Assembly: GCA_965248435.1 (NCBI GenBank)
Contig: OZ252100.1
Span: 3,040,001 to 3,104,000, forward strand
Source: Candidatus Latescibacterota bacterium
GTDB taxonomy: Bacteria; Latescibacterota; UBA2968; GCA-2709665
DNA length: 64,000 nucleotides
Reading direction: 5' to 3'
Below the pieces are notes generated by a model. The model did no database searches. It was not told the origin of the DNA and saw nothing but the letters and a program-made list of their open reading frames with translations. Positions 8,740-17,459 of this stretch are shown here, piece after piece; position 1 is the stretch's first letter; each line of letters opens with the position of its first letter. The position numbers and the translations under genes are program-made.

Positions 8740-10239
8740 ATGGCTCAATACGACGCGATCGTGGTCGGCGGAGGCCATAACGGACTCGTGGCTGCCAATT
8801 ACTTCGCCAGAGCGGGCATGTCTGTCCTGGTATTGGAACGCCGCGACTTCGTTGGTGGGGCATGCATTACAGAAGAACTGTTCCCCGGTTTCCGCGTATC
8901 CAGCTGCTCGTATATCTGCTATCTGCTACAAGAGAAGGTTATCGAGGACCTGGAACTCAGGAAGCACGGCTTCGAGGTGCATACCCTCACGCCGTATCGC
9001 TTCCACCCCTTTCCGAACGGAGAGTATCTGCTGCACTGGCACGACGATGCCGGGACGGCCGACGAGATCCGCCGCATCTCGCCCCGTGATGCTGAAAGGT
9101 ATCCCGAATGGGTCGCTTTCTGGGAGCGAGCGGCCGGCATTCTCAAACGGTATTTTCTAGGCACACCAGATGAGCGGGTCTTCGAGCGGATGCTGACGGG
9201 AAACATGAAGGACCTCGTCGAGGAATACTTCGAGTCCGATCTCGTGCGTGCGAGCTACATCGATGCTCAGGATGCCGGCGATGTGATCGCACCTGGCAGC
9301 GTCATGGCAGTTGCCTATTACAAGGTCGCTATACTGAGCGAGGAGAAGAACGTAGGAATACCCTATGGCGGCATGGGCGGTATCACGCAGGCGATGGCTC
9401 GGTCTGCTGAAGCGAGGGGCGTTGACATTCGGACCGGCGCAGAGATCCAGCGCATTGTGATTCACAACGGGCGTGCCGGCGGCGTTGTTCTGAACAACGG
9501 TGAGGAGATCGGCGCCAGCGTGGTGGTCTCGAACGCCGACCCGAAGCGAACGTTTCTCGGACTCGTAGACCCTGCGGAACTCGAACCCGAGTTCGTGGAG
9601 AAGATCAAACGACTGAAGAACGGAGTGACCTATCTCAAGTTCCACTGCGCGCTGAAGGAACTGCCCGATTTCTCAGCCCATCTGGGCAAAGACTTCGATC
9701 CACACTACCTGGCGCAGGCGCGCATATGTCCTTCGGTCGAGTATCACGAACAGAGCTGGGATGATGCCAGACGAGGTCTTCCGTCGAGTTGTCCCGTCAT
9801 GTCGATTCAGATCCCGTCCGTGTACGAGCACAGCCTGACCCCTCCCGGGCAGCACGTTATGTCCGTATGGGTGCTCTACGCGCCGCCACAGCTTCGAGAT
9901 GGATCGTGGGATGATGCGAACAGGCGAGTCGGAGAACACCTGATTGACACGATCAATGAATACGCGCCAAACTTTCGGGATGCGATCATCGACTGGAAGC
10001 TTTTCACGCCTCCAGATCTCGAACGCAGGGTGTATCTGACGAACGGGAGCATCCGTCATACGGACATCACGATCGATCAAATGCTGTCCAAGCGATTCGA
10101 TGGCGGAGAATCGGGCTACAGCACGCCGGTGAAGGGTCTCTATCTGTGCGGGGCTGGAACGCACCCCGGGGGAGAGGTCACCGGGGCACCGGGACATAAC
10201 GCGGCGGAGGCTATTCTGAGGCTCGAATCGTGTTCGTAG
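8740..10239 (+). CDS. Phytoene dehydrogenase-like FAD oxidoreductase (COG1233/PYROXD2-like)
   Basis: YDAIVVGGGHNGLVAA, GGMGGIT, LYLCGAGTHPGGEVTGAPGHNAA. Confidence 0.88.
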   Translation: MAQYDAIVVGGGHNGLVAANYFARAGMSVLVLERRDFVGGACITEELFPGFRVSSCSYICYLLQEKVIEDLELRKHGFEVHTLTPYRFHPFPNGEYLLHWHDDAGTADEIRRISPRDAERYPEWVAFWERAAGILKRYFLGTPDERVFERMLTGNMKDLVEEYFESDLVRASYIDAQDAGDVIAPGSVMAVAYYKVAILSEEKNVGIPYGGMGGITQAMARSAEARGVDIRTGAEIQRIVIHNGRAGGVVLNNGEEIGASVVVSNADPKRTFLGLVDPAELEPEFVEKIKRLKNGVTYLKFHCALKELPDFSAHLGKDFDPHYLAQARICPSVEYHEQSWDDARRGLPSSCPVMSIQIPSVYEHSLTPPGQHVMSVWVLYAPPQLRDGSWDDANRRVGEHLIDTINEYAPNFRDAIIDWKLFTPPDLERRVYLTNGSIRHTDITIDQMLSKRFDGGESGYSTPVKGLYLCGAGTHPGGEVTGAPGHNAAEAILRLESCS

Positions 10240-10495
10240 AAAAGGACCTGAGTTTTTGGGTACCGGGAAGGCAAAACACGGGTGCCGGGGACCGTAAGAC
10301 GGTGTTGCTTAGAGAAACGAACCAAATATTCCTGTTGACATCCCGCGGTTTTTAGGTTCTTTTTTTGCAGAAATTGTAGATTTTTCTGCACCCTAGACGA
10401 TTTAGCCAAACCGGACTTGAGTGAACCTTGACATCGCGTGAAACAAAGGGATCGTGTTCTTCTACTCGCCGGGAAGACCAGAAGGAGGAGTTGTG

Positions 10496-12148
10496 GTGAG
10501 AAGATTCCTTCTTACGCGTTGCTTTGTGATGAGTGTGGTGGGACTGGGTTGCTTTGCGTGCGGCAAAGACCAATCTCTCTCGCCCGGAATCGAGCGAGCA
10601 GGGGGCCTTGGAAAGCCCGCTGTTAAGGCAGCTGTGAACCATCGTTTGGTTGTGACTGTAACGGTGATTCAGGCCGGTGAGCCGGCATCGGGCGTGGAAG
10701 TTGCGTTCTCTCGCTCCATCTCCGGTCGAGCAGCCGACTACAGGTGGCAGGGCACAACGGACGAGAATGGCGAGGTGGAGATCGAGATTACGGCTGATCC
10801 GACGGGACAGTTCGGGCGGGTGGGGACGACCGGCTATTATCTCGCGATGGCCACCGAAACTGCAAGCGAAGAGGTCTTGGAGAAATGGGGCAGTATCCCG
10901 ATCAACGATGGAGAGACGGCAGAACTGATTCTGGAGGTCGGGAGGCGAGCCTTCTTTAGACAGGATTTGAGAGGCAGGTTCGATCTTCGGACGCTTGGTC
11001 CCATTCCTTATCCTTCGGACAACGCATACGATCCGCAAAGAATCGCTCTGGGAAAGCTGCTCTTCTACGACCCGATCCTGGGGGGAGAGAAAGACGTTGC
11101 TTGCGGGACCTGTCATTTACCGGGATCTGCCTTTGCCGATGGTCGTCAATTCGGTGCAGGCGTGAGTGGTGTAGGCCTGGGTAAAGACCGTGAGCTTTCT
11201 AACCTATCTATCTCCGGCGATGAAATCCTGCTCGAGCCCAGGAATACGATGACGATTTATAACACGGCGTTTAATGCAGACGAGGGTGGCCTTCCTTCCG
11301 CCTTCGGGTTTTTTGCTGTGGATGGTAAAGCCAGGGGGCTGGAGGAGCTGGTTACGATTCCCATCGCTAATCGGGTCGAAATGCGGGGAGATGCCTACTC
11401 CGAGGAGGCTGCCCTGGATAGTGTGGTTGCAAGGCTTCGAACGGTTCCCGAATACGTTCAGCTTTTCCAGGAGGCCTTCCCGGCAGAGGCGATGCAAACC
11501 GGGGGAACGGCCGTCATCGACGGTTCCACATACAGTCGGGCGCTAGCGGCCTATGCGCGAGAATTGGTCACGCGAGACTCACCCTACGATCGCTATGTAA
11601 AAGGTAGTGATGGCGCGCTAAGCGACGAACAGAAATTGGGCCTGGAGTTGTTCTTCACCAGGGCCAAGTGTTCCGTCTGTCACAACGGACCGATGTTGAG
11701 CGACTACCGGTTCATCCGTCAAGGGGTGCCCCAGGTAGGTGAGGGAAAAAGCTCGGGGGACGACAGGGGTCGGGAAGAATTTACCGGAAACCCTCTAGAC
11801 CGGTATAAATTCCGCACGCTGACGATTCGGAATGTTGAGCTGACCGCGCCCTACATGCACGACGGTTTTTTCGAAACGCTCGAGGAAGTCGTCCGATTTT
11901 ATAACGATGGCGCTCGGCCACGACATCCTGTGGTGGTAGATGATGTGCTGGAGCCCATTCTGATCGAGCCTCTGGGCTTGACCGATGAGGAGATAGACGC
12001 CATCGTCGAGTTCATGAAGGCGTTGACCGATCCGGGAACGGCCCTGGATCCCTTCCTCGTGACCGTTCCGGACGAGGTCCCCAGCGGACTCACCCCGCTC
12101 ATTGGGGTGAGTGCGGTAGGAAAAATCGCTTCGGGGCCTGGAAGATAG
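10496..12148 (+). CDS. Di-haem cytochrome c peroxidase/MauG superfamily lipoprotein with N-terminal beta domain
   Basis: CGTCH and CSVCH, LGKLLFYDPILG, RNVELTAPYMHDG; lipobox-like FAC; RBS AGGAGG at 10483. Confidence 0.88.
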   Translation: MRRFLLTRCFVMSVVGLGCFACGKDQSLSPGIERAGGLGKPAVKAAVNHRLVVTVTVIQAGEPASGVEVAFSRSISGRAADYRWQGTTDENGEVEIEITADPTGQFGRVGTTGYYLAMATETASEEVLEKWGSIPINDGETAELILEVGRRAFFRQDLRGRFDLRTLGPIPYPSDNAYDPQRIALGKLLFYDPILGGEKDVACGTCHLPGSAFADGRQFGAGVSGVGLGKDRELSNLSISGDEILLEPRNTMTIYNTAFNADEGGLPSAFGFFAVDGKARGLEELVTIPIANRVEMRGDAYSEEAALDSVVARLRTVPEYVQLFQEAFPAEAMQTGGTAVIDGSTYSRALAAYARELVTRDSPYDRYVKGSDGALSDEQKLGLELFFTRAKCSVCHNGPMLSDYRFIRQGVPQVGEGKSSGDDRGREEFTGNPLDRYKFRTLTIRNVELTAPYMHDGFFETLEEVVRFYNDGARPRHPVVVDDVLEPILIEPLGLTDEEIDAIVEFMKALTDPGTALDPFLVTVPDEVPSGLTPLIGVSAVGKIASGPGR

Positions 12149-12177
12149 CGTTCTCTCTCCGATCGCAAGAAATCGAA

Positions 12178-12207
12178 AGGGCCTGCACCCTTATAGGTGC
12201 AGGCCCT
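12178..12207 (+). terminator. Hairpin after peroxidase gene
   Basis: agggcctgcacc-cttata-ggtgcaggccct perfect 12-bp stem; weak U tract. Confidence 0.55.
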
Positions 12208-12280
12208 GAATATTTGTAGTCGGCGTTGACCGATCAGGGATCAGATCTCGATCCCTTCCTTCTGACCATTCCGGATGAGG

Positions 12281-13011
12281 ATCTGTCGCCGGAGCAGCAG
12301 ATGTTCTTGAGCCAAACACCGGGAGCCTTGAAGTTCTTTGAATCGAGGACGAAGCAGCCCGACCCGCAACCCGATCGGCGTATCGTGACGGGCCCCGACA
12401 AGCTCCAGTATTATACTGACACACAGGAGCGCGTGTTGCCGGGCGTAGAGGCTCCTGCACCAATGGAAATGGACGCAACGCCCGATATAAAGGGCGAGTC
12501 GGGACTACGAAAAGAATACAACGATCTGTCCAAAGATTTTAAGAAGGTAAAATCCGCCTTTAGCCGGATCAAGGCCGCCAGCGATAGTGCAGCGGGCGAC
12601 ATCGCATTGATCTTCAACTACATGAAAATGTTGGATCCTGGATCGGTCGTGAGGGAATCCGAGTACGCGACCGCCGCAAATGCCGCAGGTGTGCCAGATC
12701 GGATACGGGTCTTCTACAACAAGTTGGTGGCAGGCGAGAAGCTGTCGCCTGCCCAACGGAGTATGTTCAAGGCCGAAGCGGAACTCCAATATTCTTCTGC
12801 CACAGGACAGCAGGGTGAGCGCGAAGCCTATTTTTCTTCGCTGGCCACAGACTATGGCTTCGCCCCTTCGCGCATTGTTCGCAATCTCACCGGCGCGAAC
12901 TTTGCGGCGATGACGCAAGAGCAACATTTGGCTAGGGCGCAGACTCTTACGCCGGAACAACGCGCGCAAGCGGCCGACGAGTGGGACCGTTTGTTTGGGG
13001 GAAAACAGTAA
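12281..13011 (+). pseudogene. 5'-truncated phage virion/ejection-type protein relic
   Basis: GDIALIFNYMKMLDPGSVVRESEYATA motif, which I recall from podovirus-like internal virion proteins; no own start, fused to a 59-bp peroxidase fragment. Confidence 0.55.
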
Positions 13012-13321
13012 AATATGCCAAATCCTTATCGGCAATCGACCGGACAGGCCTCGAGACCACAGAATCCCTACCGGGTATCCACCCCGGGGGTAGTCCAGGA
13101 TGAGCCTCAAGGGCCCATACAGGCCGTTTTAGGGGGCATTTCGGAGATGGTGAGCAATATCCCCGGGTTCAACCGCACAGTTCGCTAGCGACGTTACAGC
13201 GCCTATTCACAGTCCCGTGCAGACGTTGACGGGGTTGAGAGACATAGCTGTGGGGCTGACCTGACCCCCTGGATTGTGCCCAGTTCTATAGTTAGAATTG
13301 GGTCATTAGAAAGGGGTCACC

Positions 13322-13600
13322 ATGGCCAGAAAGCGTTATTCCGCGGAGCAGATCATCGGACACCTCCGGCAAGCGGAGATCCTGATCTCCGAGGGCAAGA
13401 CCATCGGTGAGGCTGCCCGCCATGTCGGCATCAGCGAGCAGACCTACTACCGTTGGCGCCGTGAATACGGCGGAATGGAAGTTGATCAAGCCCGGCGCCT
13501 GAAAGAGCTCGATCAGGAAAACCAACGGTTGAAGAGGCTGGTCGCCGACCAGGCTCTGGACATCTCGATCCTGAAGGAAGCCTCCCGGGGAAACTTCTAA
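13322..13600 (+). CDS. IS3 OrfA (HTH)
   Basis: RYSAEQII..GISEQTYYRWRREYGG..RLKELDQENQRLKRLVAD; GGGAAAC frameshift site at its end. Confidence 0.92.
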   Translation: MARKRYSAEQIIGHLRQAEILISEGKTIGEAARHVGISEQTYYRWRREYGGMEVDQARRLKELDQENQRLKRLVADQALDISILKEASRGNF

Positions 13601-13641
13601 GCCCGACGCGTCGGCGTCAGACGGTCGGGCACGTCTGTGAG

Positions 13642-14445
13642 GTGCTGACTGTTTCCGAGCGTCGGGCGTGCCGTGTGCTGGGACAGGTGAGGCGCACCCA
13701 GCGATACACGCCCAGGGTGGGAGACGACGAGGAGCTTCTGACCACGAGCATCGTCTCTCTGGCCAGCGAATACGGGCGGTATGGATACCGTAGGATCACG
13801 GCCCTGCTCAGGGGTGACGGCTGGCGGGTGAATCACAAGCGGGTGGAGCGAATCTGGCGTCAGGAGGGGCTGAAGGTGCCCGCCAGACAGCCGAAGCGAG
13901 GTCGGCTGTGGCTCAATGACGGTTCCTGCATCAGGCTCAGACCCGAGCACGGCAACCACGTTTGGGCTTACGACTTCCTATTCGATCGGACCCAGGAAGG
14001 GAGGCCCCTGAAGCTCCTGACGGTGGTCGACGAGTTCACCCGCGAGTGCCTGGCGATAGAAGTTGCCCGCAAGCAGAGTTCGCGGGACGTTCTACGGATG
14101 TTGGCCGGGCTGATGTTGAGGCACGGCATCCCGAAACACATCAGATCGGACAACGGGCCCGAGTTCGTGGCTAAAGCCGTCCGGGAGTGGCTCTCGAGGT
14201 TGGAGGTCGGGACGTTGTTCATCGAGCCGGGTAGTCCGTGGGAGAACGGCTACATCGAAAGCTTCAACGGAAAACTCAGGGATGAACTCCTCAACGGTGA
14301 GATCTTCACGACGCTGCAGGAGGCAAAGGTGTTGACCGAGGTGTGGCGACGGCAGTACAATAGGGTCCGCCCACACAGCTCGCTGGGCTATAGGCCGCCG
14401 GCGCCTGAAACGGTCTCAGGACCGCTAGTTGCAACCGCATCCTAA
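13642..14445 (+). CDS. IS3 OrfB (DDE integrase core)
   Basis: YGYRRI, WAYDF, RSDNGPEF, PWENGYIESFNG, RPHSSLGY. Confidence 0.95.
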   Translation: MLTVSERRACRVLGQVRRTQRYTPRVGDDEELLTTSIVSLASEYGRYGYRRITALLRGDGWRVNHKRVERIWRQEGLKVPARQPKRGRLWLNDGSCIRLRPEHGNHVWAYDFLFDRTQEGRPLKLLTVVDEFTRECLAIEVARKQSSRDVLRMLAGLMLRHGIPKHIRSDNGPEFVAKAVREWLSRLEVGTLFIEPGSPWENGYIESFNGKLRDELLNGEIFTTLQEAKVLTEVWRRQYNRVRPHSSLGYRPPAPETVSGPLVATAS

Positions 14446-14594
14446 CTCTGGATGTGGATACATAGGTGGGGGCAGGTCAGGGCTGGCCCACAAGATAATA
14501 CCTGGCGAACAGGGCAAGGAAAAATACGCTGATGCCATTGGGAATTTCCTAGTAGAGCGCTACGGAAGTATCGACAACATTCAGCGCACCATAT

Positions 14595-16265
14595 TTGCAA
14601 ATCTTCGAAGACGACTCTGTGTTCGATACCGTAAAGTATCCATATGAGTTTCTCGAGTCGAAAATCGGAGACTGTGACGACTGCACGGCACTCTACTCCG
14701 CCATGCTCGAAAACCTGAACATCCCCACGGCGATCCTGGACGTCAACGACCCACAATTCGGTCACATCTACATGATGTTCGACAGCGGGATTCCCATTTC
14801 GGATGCCGGCGACTTCTTCGTCCACGAGAAGGAGTACGTCATCTGGGAGGGAAGCCTCTGGATTCCGGTGGAAACGACCCTCTTTGGTTCTTCATTTACC
14901 GATGCCTGGCGTAACGGGGCGGAAGAGTACTACGTTCGGAAAGAACGTGGATTCATCAACGAGATTCTCGTATCGCAGGCCCAGCAGGTCTTCAAACCTG
15001 GCGTCGTTCCGGACGCGGATGTCGCTCTACCCTCGGCAACGGCGATCGACGAAATCTTCAACCGCGACCTTGCCTTCTTCGAAAACCGCCTGGACCAGAT
15101 CGCACTCGCCTCGGGTGTTTCCCTTGAAAGTGCCGAAGGCCTTTACGACGTCGGCGCGACCTATCTTCGGCTCGGTCAGTTCGATCGCGCCCTGGATTCG
15201 TTCGACAGGGCGATCCAGAAGGATCCCCGCATGTCCGATGCCTATAACGCAAAGGGGGTCATCCTCACGCGCCGAAGGCAATATGACGAAGCCATCCAGT
15301 TCTATCAAAAGGCCCTGGGCCTGAATCCGAGCGATGCGGGCTACCAGATCAACATCGCCCTCACCTATCACCTCCAGGGAAAGCGGGATGACGCCCAGCA
15401 GGTCTACCAGGAGGCGGTTGAGGTGAACCGAGACTTCGCGGGGATGTTCGATTTTCTCACGAGAAAAGACGCACCCGCGATCTCCGTTCCGGCGGCCGTG
15501 GACCCATTGCAGAAGCTTGCTGCCCAGAAGGCCTACGATGACGGCGCGGCCTATCTCCGCCTCAAGTCCTTTGAAAAGGCCATCGACGCGTTCGACCGGG
15601 CCGTGGCACTCGATCCCAACAGCGCAGATGCCTACAACGCCAAAGGCGTCATCTCGACACGTGAAAGAAAATACAGCGAGGCCATCGGTCTTTACCAGAA
15701 GGCCACTCAGCTGGATCCAAATAACGCCGGATTTCACGTCAACCTGGCGATCGCCTATCATCTGCTGGGCAAAGGCGATGAGGCCTTGCGCGAATACCGT
15801 CGCACCGTCGAACTCGATCCGGACTACCGGGGACAGCTCGACTTTATCGCAGGTGGAGAAACGCTCGCGGCTCCCGAGACACCCGCGGCCACCTCGAGCA
15901 TCGCCACACCCCTCCAGCGTCTGGCCGCCGAGAAGGCCTATGACGATGGCGCTGCCTACCTCAGGCTGAACGCCCTGGACAAAGCACTCGATGCGTTGGA
16001 CCGAGCGCTGGCACTCGATCCGAAAAACGCGGATGCGATGAACGCAAAGGGCGTGATCCTCACCCGCGAGCGGAACTACGGCGATGCCATTCAACTGTTC
16101 AAGAGCGCAACCGAGCTTGATCCTTCAGATGCCGGTTTCCACATCAACCTGTCTATCGCTTACCACCTGCAAGGGAATCGCGAAGACGCCCTCCGAGAAT
16201 ACCGCAAGGCCATCGAGCTCGACGCGGATTATGCGGGACAGCTCGACTTTTTGGAACAGGAGTAA
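14595..16265 (+). CDS. Transglutaminase-like + 3 TPR-cluster protein, probably 5'-truncated
   Basis: GDCDD..GHIY..VETT followed by three ~130-aa near-repeats (YDDGAAYLRL..DAYNAKGVI..HINLAIAYHL); no RBS, begins at the phage-relic junction. Confidence 0.7.
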   Translation: MQIFEDDSVFDTVKYPYEFLESKIGDCDDCTALYSAMLENLNIPTAILDVNDPQFGHIYMMFDSGIPISDAGDFFVHEKEYVIWEGSLWIPVETTLFGSSFTDAWRNGAEEYYVRKERGFINEILVSQAQQVFKPGVVPDADVALPSATAIDEIFNRDLAFFENRLDQIALASGVSLESAEGLYDVGATYLRLGQFDRALDSFDRAIQKDPRMSDAYNAKGVILTRRRQYDEAIQFYQKALGLNPSDAGYQINIALTYHLQGKRDDAQQVYQEAVEVNRDFAGMFDFLTRKDAPAISVPAAVDPLQKLAAQKAYDDGAAYLRLKSFEKAIDAFDRAVALDPNSADAYNAKGVISTRERKYSEAIGLYQKATQLDPNNAGFHVNLAIAYHLLGKGDEALREYRRTVELDPDYRGQLDFIAGGETLAAPETPAATSSIATPLQRLAAEKAYDDGAAYLRLNALDKALDALDRALALDPKNADAMNAKGVILTRERNYGDAIQLFKSATELDPSDAGFHINLSIAYHLQGNREDALREYRKAIELDADYAGQLDFLEQE

Positions 16266-16455
16266 AATTCTCTATATCTATATTTTACAGTGTGTTTGTT
16301 TGATATAGTCTGTTCAGGTGGCCTTCAAAAAAATTCCTTTCCGTGTGTTTCAAATCACGTCGTTCGGAGAGACAAATACCGTATATTTTATTAGGATGTC
16401 AGAGGAGTTCGTCCACGAGTCCTGAAACCGAGGGTTGCCGAAAAGGAGGTTTACA

Positions 16456-16977
16456 ATGAACAGCCGCTTTGTTACCATCGGGATCACCCTGCTGCTGGGG
16501 TTCGGGTTCTACATCGGTCCAGCGCAGGCAGAGGAGAAGAAGGACGAGACAAAGAAGGTGGAGAAAGGAAAAGAGGGCAAGGTTCAGGTCTCTACTGCGT
16601 TCCTCCAGCGCTGGAAAACGATTCAAAAGGTCACCGGAAAGAAGGCCTATGAGACGCAGCAGACGCGCACGGTGGCCGGTGTCCGAGGAGCCGAGGCAGA
16701 GGACGCCGTCCTGGACCAGCTCTATTACAAAGGCGGAGTGCGCTATCCGAGCCGTGTCGATCTGAAGAACGCGATCACGCAGCTTCAGGATGCGGTCACG
16801 GCCGATCCCTCCGCGGATACCGTCCCGGAGCAGAAGTACTTCATCGCCCAGTGTCACGCACAGCTCGGTGAAGCTGATCAGGCCAGTGCGGTTTATAAAG
16901 ACCTGGTGAAAAACCATCCGGACTCGGACTGGGCCAAGGAGGCAAAGGCCGCACTCGGAAAGCTTTCTACTGAATAG
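16456..16977 (+). CDS. Secreted small TPR-containing protein
   Basis: RBS AGGAGG, signal peptide (AQA), TVAGVRG motif, C-terminal TPR ..YKDLVKNHPDSDWAKEA. Confidence 0.7.
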   Translation: MNSRFVTIGITLLLGFGFYIGPAQAEEKKDETKKVEKGKEGKVQVSTAFLQRWKTIQKVTGKKAYETQQTRTVAGVRGAEAEDAVLDQLYYKGGVRYPSRVDLKNAITQLQDAVTADPSADTVPEQKYFIAQCHAQLGEADQASAVYKDLVKNHPDSDWAKEAKAALGKLSTE

Positions 16978-17001
16978 ATTCCTTTCATTGAAAGCGTGGG
17001 T

Positions 17002-17038
17002 GAGGCGGCAGGCGTTGGGGCCTGCCGCCTCTTTCTTT
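17002..17038 (+). terminator. Intrinsic terminator
   Basis: gaggcggcaggc-gttggg-gcctgccgcctc followed by tttcttt. Confidence 0.75.
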
Positions 17039-17141
17039 GCTCACACTTTAAGGCGACTTCGTCAGTAGAATCATACCTTGCGATTCGCTTACTTTTTGTG
17101 CATGTTACCCTATCAACTTGCTCTCCCCCAAGGGTATGGCT

Positions 17142-17459
17142 ATGAAGACGCGTGAAGAAATCGAAGAGCGGCTTCGAGTCCTGACCCAGGCCTACCACCT
17201 TTCCTATATCCATCGGGAGGAACTGACTGGGGAAGCTTTGGCCAAGTTCCGGGCCCTGGAAGAATGCATCAGTCTGCTGAAGTGGTGCCTGGATGACTCA
17301 GAATCGCCTAACGTCGGCTGGCGGAATGTGGGAGTTGTGGTTTCCGCCTCCCTCGGACTGATCCGAAAGAAGCTTTTCGGCGGTGAAGAGGACGGAGCGC
17401 AGCCGTCCCGAGAAGCCACGCACACGCCGGCGACACCCTCCGAAGAGGTCACGAGATGA
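17142..17459 (+). CDS. Hypothetical protein coupled to the cyclase gene
   Basis: ATGA overlap with 17456; helical N-terminus. Confidence 0.6.
   Translation: MKTREEIEERLRVLTQAYHLSYIHREELTGEALAKFRALEECISLLKWCLDDSESPNVGWRNVGVVVSASLGLIRKKLFGGEEDGAQPSREATHTPATPSEEVTR

Larger units (their letters stand above)
13257..14479 (+). mobile_element. Complete IS3-family insertion sequence
   Basis: TG...CA ends, IRs TGACCTGACCCC / GGGGCAGGTCA, 4-bp target duplication GGGC (13253-13256, 14480-14483). Confidence 0.95.
13015..14592 (+). pseudogene. Second phage-like gene relic, frameshifted (~13165), split by IS3 and 3'-truncated
   Basis: MPNPYRQ...NIPG/STAQFASDVTAPIHSPVQTLTGLRDIAVG | IS3 | LAHKIIPGEQGKEKYADAIGNFLVERYGSIDNIQRT reads through once the IS is removed. 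Confidence 0.55.

Noticed and set aside
7967-9160. 397-aa ORF as a real protein
   Set aside because: Chimera of GH32 start, IS5 fragment and out-of-frame read-through into the oxidoreductase gene.
9140-9190. Possible short in-frame deletion in the oxidoreductase at a CTAG (RYFL|GTPD)
   Set aside because: The region looks short for the family but cannot be shown without an alignment.
10430-10445. parS-like gacatcgcgtgaaaca
   Set aside because: Only the right half matches; not palindromic.
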